A stretch of 64,000 nt of DNA. Origin: Octopus vulgaris. Lineage: Eukaryota. The stretch is from positions 50,902,001 to 50,966,000 of the forward strand of contig OX597822.1 of the NCBI GenBank assembly GCA_951406725.2, read 5' to 3'. The position numbers and the translations under genes are program-made. This document shows positions 39,553-52,670 of this stretch, piece by piece. Position 1 is the first letter of the stretch. Each line of letters opens with the position of its first letter. A model generated the notes under the pieces. The model ran no database searches, was not told the origin of the DNA, and worked only from the letters and a program-made list of their open reading frames with translations.

Positions 39553-39607
39553 ATATACATATATATATATATATGTATATATATGTATATATATATATAT
39601 ATATATG

Positions 39608-39713
<106 letters not shown>

Positions 39714-39780
39714 ATATATATATATACACATATATATATATACATACATATATATATATACATACATATATATATATATA

Positions 39781-40182
39781 AGCGCAGGAGTGGCTGTGTG
39801 GTAACTAGCTTGCTAACCAGCCACATGGTTCCGGGTTCAGTTCCACTGCGTGGCATCTTGGACAAGTGTCTTCTGCTATAGCCCCGGGATGACCAATGCC
39901 TTGTGAGTGGATTTGGTAGACGGAAACTGAAAGAAGCCTGTCGTATATATGTATATATATGTGTGTATGTGTGTGTGTTTGTGTGCGTGTGTTTGTGCCC
40001 CTAGCATTGTGTCCCCCCCCCTAGCACGCTGGTGTGTTTACGTCCCCGTCACTTAGCGGTTCGGCAAAAATGACCGATAGAATAAGTACTGGGCTTACAA
40101 AGAATAAGTCCCGGGGTCGATTTGCTCGACTAACGGCGGTGCTTCAGCATGGCCGCAGTCAAATGACTGAAACAAGTAAAAA
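39781..40182 (+). mobile_element. Full-length tRNA-derived SINE with internal (TA/TG)n and LINE-derived tail
   Basis: A box TGGCTGTGTGG, B box GGTTCAGTTCC, TCTTGGACAAGTGTCTT, tail GGCGGTGCTTCAGCATGGCCGCAGTCAAATGACTGAAACAAGTAAAA. Flanked by (TA)n. Confidence 0.9.
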
Positions 40183-40724
40183 GAGTATATCAGACCGCCA
40201 GTACGAACGAATTCAAAAATACAAGTGGGCCCTCGCATTCGTCCCCTTCCTCCCACGTGGGTTACAGAGTGATACATTTCTACAGAGAGAACTGTAGTTA
40301 AAATTTCAGGGAGAGAGAATTATATTCTCAATAATAAAAGAGTAAAACTAATTAATTATTAATTAATTTTACCAAGTAGTGCTCAGTATGTAAAAAGACC
40401 ATTTACGATATATCTGAAACATTATATTATAAAGATACGGTTCAGTTAAAAAATTTACTTTACCACACACCGAACTTTTTAGAAATAGCAGCCAAAACTT
40501 TTAGCTATTTCTTCTACTGTAAGAAAAATCTCTCAGACAATGTATACTCAAAAATAACTCACACAGGTCATAGAGGGAAAAATAACGAAAGATCACACCT
40601 ATATAAGATTACCTGAGAACAGGCCCTTTTCTGGATTAGTTGATTATAAATATCAACGTTTCCTTCGTCAGCTCAAAGATTTCTTAGATTTTGATTTGAA
40701 CCCTATATTTATAATGTAATGTTT

Positions 40725-40772
<48 letters not shown>

Positions 40773-40775
<3 letters not shown>

Positions 40776-41612
40776 GGCTTTCCAAAAGTTACTGATGTGT
40801 TTCAATTTCAAATAACTTCTATAACTTTACAAAAAAAATGCATGAATGTTTGATACAAATAAAAGGACAGAATAGAGAAATTATATGCACAAGACAAATT
40901 TTCCAAAACCAATACATCACATATGTCAAATGACATCGCATAAATGAAAGCAATTTTTGGCTTCGCAAGCCCGTGTACTTTCCAAACGTTGCACTGTAAC
41001 AACCTCAGGTCTTTCAGATGCCACTCCTCCGATTTCTCTATTGATGTTGTCCTTCAATTGCACTAGAGTCTCCAGTTTGTTAACACAATCCCACTCTTTA
41101 TCTGCAACTGAGACCGGCCATTAAAAATAGACCCCTTTCATTGTTCCAGCAAGATGAAGCAACTGTTCGTAGTGCAAGAAAGCAATGCTGTGCTTTGAAG
41201 AGAGTATAATCTCCAGCCACAGCAATGCGAACTTGCCTCCACCATATCCAGACGTGGCTAGTCCGTATTTTTCTTCTGGGAATGCTTCAAAAGGAGGGTT
41301 TACGTCAACTAACCGGCGACCCTGGTGCAACGGAAGGAGAACATCATCAGAGAATCAGAAACGTAGAGTCTGAAACTATTGAGTGTGTTATTGTGCAAAT
41401 TTTGGAAAGAGAACGGGCGTGTGAAGCTGAAAATGACTGCCGTTTAAGCGATGTCATTTGTCATATGTAATGTAGTGGTGATGCCAAATTTGGTTTGTGC
41501 ATATCAATTTCCATTATGTCCTTTATATTGCATCAAAATTTCATGCCTTTATGTGTACAGTTAAGGAAGTTATTAAAAATTGTAACCAATCAGTGACTTT
41601 TGGCACACTCTG
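40773..41612. mobile_element. Tc1/mariner-superfamily palindromic MITE built from two 3' ends (~285-bp arms)
   Basis: TA|CAGGGCTTTCCAAAAGTTACTGAT ... ATCAGTGACTTTTGGCACACTCTG|TA. Both arms encode a transposase C-terminus (RACEAENDCRLSDVICHM* on +, RACEAKNCFHLCDVI on -). Confidence 0.85.
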
Positions 41613-42261
41613 TACGTACATATAAGCGTATATATACATACATACACACACATGTATATATATATATATATGTGTGTGTGTCTGTGTGTGTGTAAATTTA
41701 ATAGTGTTCACTTCCGGACTGTCTCACTCTGTGAGAGTTTCAGTTCGAATCGCACGTGTCTCGAATGGGCTGCAGAATTTCTAATTTGGATATATTTGGG
41801 GTACATAGTTGTGCTCATGACATAGTGTTTGCTTCTTCCATGGGTATGTGTAAGTATTTCATTTATTTATTTGCCGCATTTATCACTGAGGAAGGGAAGG
41901 TTCTTATGAACTAACTCTGAAATAGGGTCCGATATGGTGTTAACGGGATTTTTTAGAAATTTCTGTTGGCTTTCTTCGAGAAACGTGCTTATTGTGATAA
42001 ATTATATGGTTATGGACGATGTGTCTAGTTTCGGCATATTTGGCATTAGATTATTTTCTTTTGCTCTTGTTTACAAGTTGTTTATAAATTTTACCTTTAA
42101 ACGTGTTTTTAATATGCTGGCCATTGATAATTTTTTTTCGAAATACTTTATCCTATATTAGATGTGTATATATATATATATATTACGGAGATGTACTCGC
42201 ATAGCAAGTAATTTGATCTGAGATCGTGTGCTGAAACGAAAACAATTGCAGCGTGGAAGGT

Positions 42262-42326
<65 letters not shown>

Positions 42327-42527
42327 TTATCATAATAATAATAATAATAATAATAATATATTGTGAGAATATGGTTGAGTCTACTTTTTAATCTTCTTTT
42401 TCCTTTTTGCTATCTATTTGAATAACTTCCCTTTTATTCAGCGGATTTCATAGCATCTGCGCCATTAATAGCCGACGAGAATCAATCGTACCTCTATAAT
42501 GACATCCTTTTACTGTTTGTTCTACAT

Positions 42528-42578
<51 letters not shown>

Positions 42579-45118
42579 GGCATATATTTATATATGTACA
42601 TATGTATATGTGTGTGCGCGCATGTATAACCGAACTTCCTTGAGATACTATGATTGCCTTTCAATCTTGTAGATTAAGTGAAAGCCTATGTGATGTTAAT
42701 CGTTATTCATAGGATAATCATGTTTAATATATTTTCTGATGCTGATGAAATCATATGATCTTATAAATGACCTTTTTTCACGTTAAAGAGGTGGGTGAGT
42801 AATTTGTTTCACAAATGCAGCTCTCGTGTTTCATATAGTTCTACGCGAAAATCTTGAATTCAATAGGATGGGAAAATTGATAGTGCTATCCGGAATAATA
42901 TCTAGAGTGTAGGTTTGAAATGGAATATAAAACTAGACTGGACTTTTAGAGGATAAAGATGAAAAATATATTTACTACGAATTAGGAAGTAGGCAAATTC
43001 GATATTATGAACAAAGTTAAATTCAAAACATTTTTCAAACATAAGCATCACCTAAGTGAACGAGAAAATAGATAATATTACTGCCTGGTGCAGCGTTTTG
43101 TTTGCACCTCGAAGGATGTTATGTTGATAATGCTGACATCGAAAATCAAGTGATTAAGCAGATAATGAAAATAGAGTTACAAATCATGCAAAGGAGACAA
43201 ATAACATAACAGAGATAGAGAAAATAACAACATAGTGTAGAGATGATTAATTCGGTAGAAAATCTCAACTTCAAATTTAAACAAAATTAATCTATAGATC
43301 AAATATAATTAAGCAAACGTGATTTATACGGCCATTCTTCCTGTGACATCTTGCCGGAGAAATAGATCTGCTCGTAACGGATGTAGTTTTTCAAAGGTGA
43401 ATAAACTGACGAGTGCAATTCTGCTGGAAATTTGAAACACAAAAGGGTAAAACAGCTTTTGAAACACTACTATTGAGAATGTGCTTCAATATTTGATATG
43501 CGTACATATGTGAAAGATTCCATGTGTAATATACATACAAACACATACACACTTGCAGATATATATATCAGTAGATACAAATGCCAGCCATCTAGTCGAA
43601 TTCAAGTGTAAACCTACTTCATCATTTCAAAGACAACTTTGTAACAAGCCTGAAAGAATGATTAATATAGGCCCGGAGATGAATACCTCAGTTTGATTTT
43701 GTTGTCACTTTTTGTGGAGTCGACGTACTTTTAGTGCACAGTCTGGTTCTTAATGACATCACATGAAATATTATCTCTTTCTCCTCGACCACGCAGAACT
43801 TACAAAATTCTGATTGTAAATGTGTGTGTGCGTATCCACGCATGAGCACACACAGACACACACACAAACACGCACTAGGACACATACTCACACATACAAG
43901 CACCGACAAACACTCGCACACATATGTATTGGGCAAAAGAAAATGATGAGGCAAAAAAAAAACCCAACAGTCTGTATGACGGTTAGGCTCAGGAAAATTA
44001 AAACAGAAGATGCTTTACGTTTCGTTTTAATACGCTCATGCGTAGAAAGAATCGACGAGACGGGAAAAATGGAAAAAGAAAACGTTCTGAATTACACTCT
44101 CAACACATGCTCAAATGTACGGAAAAGTCGGAGGTCGCCTGAAGCATGAGAGACAAGGAGGAGAACTGTCAACCTGGCATGCGTTTGTAAACAAACTTGT
44201 GTTTGTGTATGAAGATAATGTGTGCGTGTGTTTATGAACGTATATATGTGTGTGCGCTGACGTATATATATATAAATATAAATATATCCGTGTTATCCGT
44301 TTATGTGTGTACTTGTTAGACTTTAAGTTACTCGTGCAATCATTTAATCCTTAGTTGTCATATCCTGAGCTACACGTTGCATATTAACTGCATATTCCGT
44401 ACCTAAATGTTTATTTCATATTATATATCTGCTATCTCTAAATATGAATTCTTTCTCCCCTGAAAGAAATTCAAAATGGTGTTTGTTAAGTACATTACAT
44501 TTGTGTGATTATGCTTTAAATAAAAGTTTAGGATGGCATTTAAGTTTTGCTCATCACGTTATTCCGCATGCTCTTCATCCATTTTCTACACTTTAGCCTT
44601 TTTTTTATTCAGCATAACATGCTAGAGACATTTCTCCTGAATTAAATTATTTCTCACCAACATGGCCTGTATTTTTAAGGCGATTACATTCGTTCTCTAG
44701 TTCTTGACCTTAGAGCAAAAGGTCGAAATCCCTTGAATAATTCCTTTCCAGACTACCGTCGCATCGCTGCTGTTGCATCACACGAACGTGCTCACACAGA
44801 CACACATACACACACATATTCATACACAAGCACACACTCTCTTACTTTCTCTCTTTTTCTCTCTCTCTCGCACACATACACAGACACACACACAGTATTT
44901 GACTCATTGTCTCTTACGCACTCACACACAAATATGTCCAGATTTGACAAGACTAAACAAGGTAGAAATCATGAGTTTGGTTGTCTCGGTGCTAGAAGTA
45001 ACAGAGAAAAGCTAATATGAGAGTTTCTCTTATGATAAATAGCGCAGTAAAGTTTGTTCTTATGGAAAATCCAAGAGTGGAGATGTATATTACCTCATAA
45101 ACACACATACACGCACGT

Positions 45119-45171
<53 letters not shown>

Positions 45172-46131
45172 CACACACACAACCCACACAGACATATATA
45201 CATATATTTATCGAAACATATATATCTTTATATATAATTTTAAAATAGGAAATAAATCTTTAGAACAATTTATCAAGTGGTCAACGTGAAATAACCTCAT
45301 AAGGGAAAAATTCATAATCATTCCCTTTAAATATATTACTAGACGTTATAAGGGATTCTTAAAGTAAAAACAACAGTAATAAATACAGTGTACCGAACAC
45401 CAGGGAATGCAACTTTTGAAGCAAACCTTTAAAAACAGATTCAACCGCAAGTCATATATGATTTCATATTTAGTGCACAAAATACACTTTCTAATCGTCA
45501 ATGTAGGCATAATGAAGATACATAAAAATAAACAAAACACTCAATATACAAGACAAACACTAAATGTACCCAGCATAGTACATAGAGATGTTCACTCTTA
45601 TATATATATATATGTAAGAGGCGGGGTTTTTCGATTTGCATCTCAGTACACGTGTATATTCAGAATAATTCAGAACTGAATATTTTCCGGTTAAATATAA
45701 AATTAAAAATTTAAACATGGGATAAAATCTTTATGATAATTTATCATAAAAGAAAGATTCATAATTATTCCATTAAACACTGTATTTATTATGGTAGTTT
45801 TGACGTTAAGAGCCTAAGTCTCTCTAACAGACGGTCAGTAACGACACCTGCGGGTCTGACTACGCTGCATTGTTAAAGGGCCACAACCCTGGAACATGTC
45901 TGCAGATGTCTGACTAGCAAGGTGAAGCGGCTGACCTCCCCTGTTCGAAGGTTGTAATGGACGCAGGTTCGTGTGTCATATAGCTAGCTAGAGGTGGTGG
46001 CCTCTTGGAGCTAATCAGCGACAGCTTTAGTCTTATATTTATAGACTGCCATATTATTATGGCGATAACTATTAATATCCAGTAACGCTGCCGTAATCTC
46101 CTTTTGAGAGACTTAGTAATTTTAATATTTC

Positions 46132-46244
<113 letters not shown>

Positions 46245-46252
46245 TATATATA

Positions 46253-47012
46253 AGCGGGCTGATCAATAAGTAGCCGGGCTGTTGCCATAGTAATGAAAGT
46301 TTTAACTTTCTAGCTCACTTCCGTTGCTTACAGTAGTGCTTAGAATGAACGTGCGTATGTGTGATCGTTCGCATTGAACATGCCAAAATAAGTTGAGCAG
46401 AGGGCCTGCATCACAGTTTGTGAAAAGCTTGGCGATACCTGCTCAGAGGCCTCCGCAAAGTTTTCAAAAATTTTCATCGTTCTCGAAACAATGAAGATGT
46501 GCAACTGAAATCCGAGTGCCTTTTTTTTGTCAGCTCAGATCAGTTTTGGCACAAACTTAGTAGACACGCGTCTCATACGCAAGTCTTCAGTGATAACGTC
46601 AGAAGTGAACCGTAACTAATCTGCACATTCTCCGACAACTCACGGATTCGACGATTTGCGGTTTCCCTGAACTTTCATCAATATCGACATTGTTTTGGCA
46701 ATCTTGGAAACGCCTGAACCACTCGTAAACATGTATGCGACTCATACGCTCCTCTCCATACACATTCTGCTGCTTTGCGTAGGCATCTGCGATGTCATCG
46801 CCATAACAACTTTCTCTGTCATGGTCAATGCGTCGATCACACACTACACACCTTCCTTTCAAGCATCAGTATAAACAACAGAATTGAGTTAGAACGTTAA
46901 AAGTTAGTGCACATGCACAACAGAGTTCACGGCCAATATTAGTCAAGTGGCTTCACTCTGTTTTAGCTTTGTTACTATGGCAAAAGTCCGGATACTTATT
47001 GAGCAGACCTCG
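46253..47012. mobile_element. Mariner-derived palindromic MITE (two 5' ends, copy 2)
   Basis: TA|AGCGGGCTGATCAATAAGTAGCCGG ... CCGGATACTTATTGAGCAGACCTCG|TA. Minus strand gives AYAKQQNVYGEERMSRIHVYEWFRRFQD..SGKP and LRMRRVSTKFVPKL (WVPHEL-linker equivalent). Confidence 0.9.
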
Positions 47013-47040
47013 TATATATATATATATATATATATATATA

Positions 47041-49409
47041 CTGACATCAGTTTCGGTTAACAACATAATAGAGCTGTCTATGTTTGGGCCAAAAGTAACC
47101 AGAGATATACAGCCTAAAGGAAGCACCCGAAATCTCTCCAATCTGAACTTCCACAAAGCAGATTGAAAATCGATCCAAAAAGAGATCCTCAGAGAGGATT
47201 GGCCGGAATGTCTCTCCACACCAGACATTGACATGAAACTAGAATGTTTCATGTCTTCTGTGCAAGCCGTATGCCAGAAATATGTCCCAGAGCACAAGGC
47301 CAAAACAAATAGGAGCAAGATTCCAAGAGACAAGAAGATCCTCATGAGACGACGGACGAAGGTTGCAAATCGTCTCAACCAGCACCCCAAAAGTAGCGAA
47401 ACGTCCCGCCTAGAAAACAACACTGATGGAGATCGAAAAAAGGCTGCAACAATCCTATGTGAAGGAGAAACAGACAAAGAAGCCTGGGTTATAAAAAACA
47501 TTAAATCAAACCCAAAGGCCTCTTTCATTACGCGAAAGAAACGGTCTCAGTGCACTACAAGATAGGACCCCTCCTCCAAAAGGATGGCTCCCTCACAGAC
47601 AGTCCAACTAAGATCAGTGAGATGCTGAATGACCAGTTCAAAAGTGTATTTACCACCCCGTTGGAACACAGACAAGGGAACGAACCAGTGGACTTCTTTG
47701 CCGCCTCACCTATAACCAGCGAGGCGGTTAGAATAGAATATATTGACATTAGCGAAAAAGATGTCCTACTAACCATAGATGAAGTGGACACAAACTCAGC
47801 TGCTGGTCCAGATGGTTTCCCAGCCATCCTACTGAAAGCGTGTAATCATGCCCTGGCAAAACCCCTCAAGATTCTCTTCCAGAGCTTTCTTGCGAATGAC
47901 AAACGGCCAAGCAAGCTGAAGGAGAGAATAATATGCTCAATACATAAAGGGGGAAGTAGAGCAGATGCCAAAAATTATAGGCCTATCTCTCTGACTTCAC
48001 ACATCAGCAAAGTCATGGAACGGAAAGTCAGAAAGAAACTAATCGCATTCCTTGAGGAAAATAATTTGCTGAGTGATACCCAGCATGGTTTTCAACCAGG
48101 TAGGAGCTGCCTGACCCAGCTCTTACAACATTATGACTGGGTGTTGAGGCGGTTACTCAACAAATCAAATGTGGACGGAATCTACCTTGATGTTGCAAAA
48201 GCTTTTGACCAGGTGGATCATGGTATAATATGCCACAAACTGCGCGACCTCGGCATAGTTGGAAAACTGGGAGTCTGGTTACATGACTTCCTGAAAGATA
48301 GGAGTCAGGCAGTAATGGTTAATGGAGCAGTATCTATGAACATACAAATAATGAGCGGTGTTCCACAGGGCAGTGTCTTGGGACGTCTGCTTTTTATAGT
48401 GGCCCTCTCAGATATCCCCTCAAATGCCCGGATAGCCACTCTGGCAAGCTATGCAGACGATACGAAAGTCTCGCAGAAAATACAGAAACCTAGCGATGGT
48501 GCTTATCTGCAGCAGGAGTTGGACTCAATCTACAGATGGGCTGAGGATAGTAATATGCAGTTTAATGCTGAAGAATTCCAGGCCCTGCGCTACCAGCATC
48601 CAAAACTGAATATTAATCTTACAGGATAAACCGGTCCACAAGGAATTTCAATCCCAGAGCCTAAGTCTGTGAGGAACCTGGGTATCGACATGAGTGATGA
48701 TACCTCTTTCCAAGTGCACATTACCAGGATGGCGACAAAGTGCAGACAACTGGCTGGGTGGATCCTAAGAACATTCAGAACAAGAGATAAGGTGGACATT
48801 CGTCCTCAGCCGCCTGGATTACTGCTCAAAGCTATGGTCACCCACCAGTGTAAAATTAACAGCGGACCTTGAATCAATCCAGAGAAGATTCACAAAGAAG
48901 ATCGTCTCTTTGGAACGGCTCAGCTACTGGGAAAGGTTGAAACAGCTAAGACTCTACTCCCTAGAGAGAAGACGGGAGAGGTATGCAGTAATATATGTCA
49001 GGAAGATCCTGGAAGGAATTGTGCCAAAGTTTGGCATTGCAAGCTACACCAATACTAGAACGAGACGACACTGCATAGTGCCAAAGATCCCAGCAATGAC
49101 ATCACGCTTCAGGACCAGGTTCTGCAACAGCCTAGGTTTCAAGGGCCCACAGCTTTTTAATATCCTCCCAAAGAGTCTGAGGAACATGCACAAAGTAGAT
49201 GTAGCAGTTTTTAAATCAAATCTGGACATCTTCCTGACGAGAGTCCCAGATGAACCTACCTCACGGCATGAGGTGCAAATGAGAGTAGCTATGTCAAACT
49301 CCATTCTTCACCGAGTACCACATATTAGACGAGGTTCGTCGTAATAACAGTGTAGCACAAACACGGCGGTGCATCTGCATGGCCGCATCTCTAAGCTGAA
49401 ACAAGCAAA
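47041..49409 (+). mobile_element. 5'-truncated, disabled APE-RT LINE of the same group as 1704-5511, in (TA)n
   Basis: NYRPISLTSH, QHGFQPGRSCLTQLL, YLDVAKAFD, GVPQGSVLG, YADDTK, YWERLKQLRLYSLERRRERY, split by stops and frameshifts. (TA)n on both sides. Confidence 0.95.
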
Positions 49410-49576
49410 TATATATATATATGTATATATATACATATGAACATATAAATAGACATACATACATATATGTATAGTTACATATACATAAGTACATATGCAA
49501 CGCTTATGTGTAATAGATTGCCATTCTTAATCGTATATAGAAACGTACGGAGCTTCTATTATACGTCATATGTTGC

Positions 49577-49662
<86 letters not shown>

Positions 49663-52583
49663 TGGTATAAAACATGCTTACATTAGTTATGTCTCGACCA
49701 TTTAGAATTTCCTACTATTAAAATATTAATTCCATCTCAGTAATAAATCTCACTAAGCCACATGTGCATTTATATTGCCATTGTATACTGTTGTCTTCAT
49801 ATTTGTTGCGGGAAAAATTTAGCAACATATTTCATGCAAGTTCAGAATACGTTCACCAGATGTTTGCAATACACTACAATTTCAAGTATTTATTGACGCA
49901 ACTTTAAGAATTAGCTATTAAGAGAAAATAAATATATCTAAGTTTCTGAGATTCTTCAAATGGACTGTGTGGTATGAGCATATTCAAAAGGCTTTAGAAG
50001 ATTGTTAAGTAGAATAAGATTAGTGCGAGTTGCAGAAAAAGAAAGAAGAAATATCTGTTTTGAAATCTAAAATTCTTCATAAAGATACATCAAATAATTA
50101 ACTTGCTAACAGAGCATAATGTATGTATGTATATATGTATCAATGTATGCATGCATATATGCAGGTATGTATGTACGTAAGTATCAATGTATGCATGCAT
50201 ATATGTATGTATCAATGTATGCATGTATGTATGTATGACTGTATGAATCAATAACCAAGTATTAGATCCCTTCCAAGTGCCTTCCCGTTCTGCAGTTAGC
50301 CTATTGCTATAGCGAAGGTTTCTGCATCAATTCTGCGTTTTATGGTTAGTGTTGGTAATGTATGTTTGGATGTATGTACGTACATATCCATACATATACA
50401 TTCATATACACATAGAGAAACACGCACACACACACAAATTATTCTTTAACATGTATAGTGTCTTGTCACTGGCTGCAAAGTTTTGGCTATCTATACCGTT
50501 ACTGGACTGTCCGATGATGGTTTAGCTGGCTGAAAATTCGAAGCCACTTTTTCAATACTATTCTTGTTAAAGAATAATAAATTTGTACTTGAGTGAATGA
50601 TCCTTCAATCCTTCAATCTAATATGCATTGTTTGTGTGCGTGTGTGTGTCTGTGCGTTTGCCTTTGTGTATATGTGTGGGTTTAAGAGACAGAATGAGAG
50701 AGAGCAAGAGAGCAATGTATAGTCGAATGGAGTTAGTTTCCCAAACAAAGGTGTCTGAATTTGATCCCGCCTGCTCAGTATCTTAAGGAAATATCATTTT
50801 CTATAGCTTGGAAATGTGCATCTGTGTATGTATGTAGGTGTTTTCTTCAACGTGTGTCCGTCGTTATCTCTAAGTGTGTGTGTATATACAATTAGTTTCG
50901 ATTCTATGTCCTTGTGCCTAATTTGTATGCGTTTGTATTCAACTTCTTTGATGTTTTCTTTCAGTCACTGGTTTTAAACCTCACTCACCGTTATCATAAA
51001 AAAAGGGGGTGACGGTAAAGTAACATATATGTCATAGTTTCGATTCTTGTATTCAACCAATCATTTGCAGTGTGTTACTGTTTCAATCCTTAACAATAAT
51101 TACAATGAAAAGAACGAGTTTCAACTTATGGTACTTAAATATTGGAGCCAACATGAGTCATCGCCCCTTCATTAATATTTTTGCAACTCTGCCACGGCGA
51201 AGTGATATACCAGTTTAGGAGCAATAACATGATGTAATTCCTATTATTGTCTGAATATCTCATATTTGGCGGTTATTGTAACAATATACAACAAGATATA
51301 ATACTTAAGATTAAAATTTTAATTCTGTCTCTTCGACATTTATAGTCTTGTTTTATTGTATTATCTTTGTGCGAATAATTTCTTTAATTTTGCAGTCGCA
51401 ACTATTCTTTAGGAAACATATTTCTGTTGTTCGACGTATAACTAGATTGTTTAATTTCGTTCCTGTCAAGTTGCGGATTCACACACATCAAGAACTTGGA
51501 GTGGATTATGATGAGTAAAAACCATTAAATTTCAGGAATTACTGTTGCTAATAAAATTGTCTATTTGATTCATTTGGTTACCAAATTATAGAAGCCGGTG
51601 TAATATATGAACTGAATAACGCCGATGAAGTTAAATATCAATGATATGAGCTCAGTGACAAGAATGGAAAAACCTGTATATAACTGCATTAAACATTCAC
51701 AGAAAAGCCGTGAAAATGCGCTCCAGCAAATCTGTAATTCTGCGACTCATTGTTGAAAAGAATGGCGTATACTAAAGTATGCATCAGTAACTTTCTTATA
51801 ATCTGAAACGAATTGCATTGCAACTAAATATCCTGTCCATCACATATCCAAGAAATAAGGAAAGGCAAAAGTATAAATCAATACACCATGTGAGGCGAAA
51901 AATTGTTATCGATCTGTTCAAGTAAATCTGTGGCTCTTGGTAATTCTGATACATATGTCATCTTTCAGTTTTAGTAAGACGTGGAGCGACTAATCTGCAA
52001 ATAGGTTAAGAGACATAATAAAGAAAAGTTATCTGGTTTTGCTTCATTTAGATTAAGGAAAAACGTTAGACGTCTTTATGGACTTTACGAATAAAGCAGA
52101 GAATATCAATCAAGAGTCTTAACACTGAATAGTTTATAGCGCCAGGGACTGAAATTGGCCTGGAATATTAGAAGTAAAATTTGGTCAGACACTGTGTGAC
52201 GAATATAGCAAATAACGATAATTCCCCTACCGCCTTTCTCAGTATGTAAGAATTCATGCCTATACACACATACCGAAATATACACACACAGACACACACA
52301 CACACACATGTGCACACATATAAGCACACATATAGTCAAACACATGAAATTTTCTTAATATTCCGAAATATATACACTTGACCACTCTCACCCTGTATCA
52401 GAAGAGAATTGAATCAATTCCAACTGCATTTAGCAATAAATTCTCAGTGATAAAATATTACCTAGCGTTTGGTGACACTATAGTACTAACAGCAACAACA
52501 ACAGCAGCAGCAGCAGAAGCAACAACAACAAAAACAACAACAACAATAATATTAATAATAATAAGAAGAAGAAGAAGAAGAAA

Positions 52584-52670
<87 letters not shown>

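Noticed and set aside
41700-42160. Possible Penelope N-terminal coding remnant on the minus strand
   Set aside because: No motif could be read with confidence.
50505-50545. CCGATGA...GAAA hammerhead-like string (similar decayed strings at ~21970 and ~62462)
   Set aside because: The core is mutated and there is no convincing stem I or III pairing.
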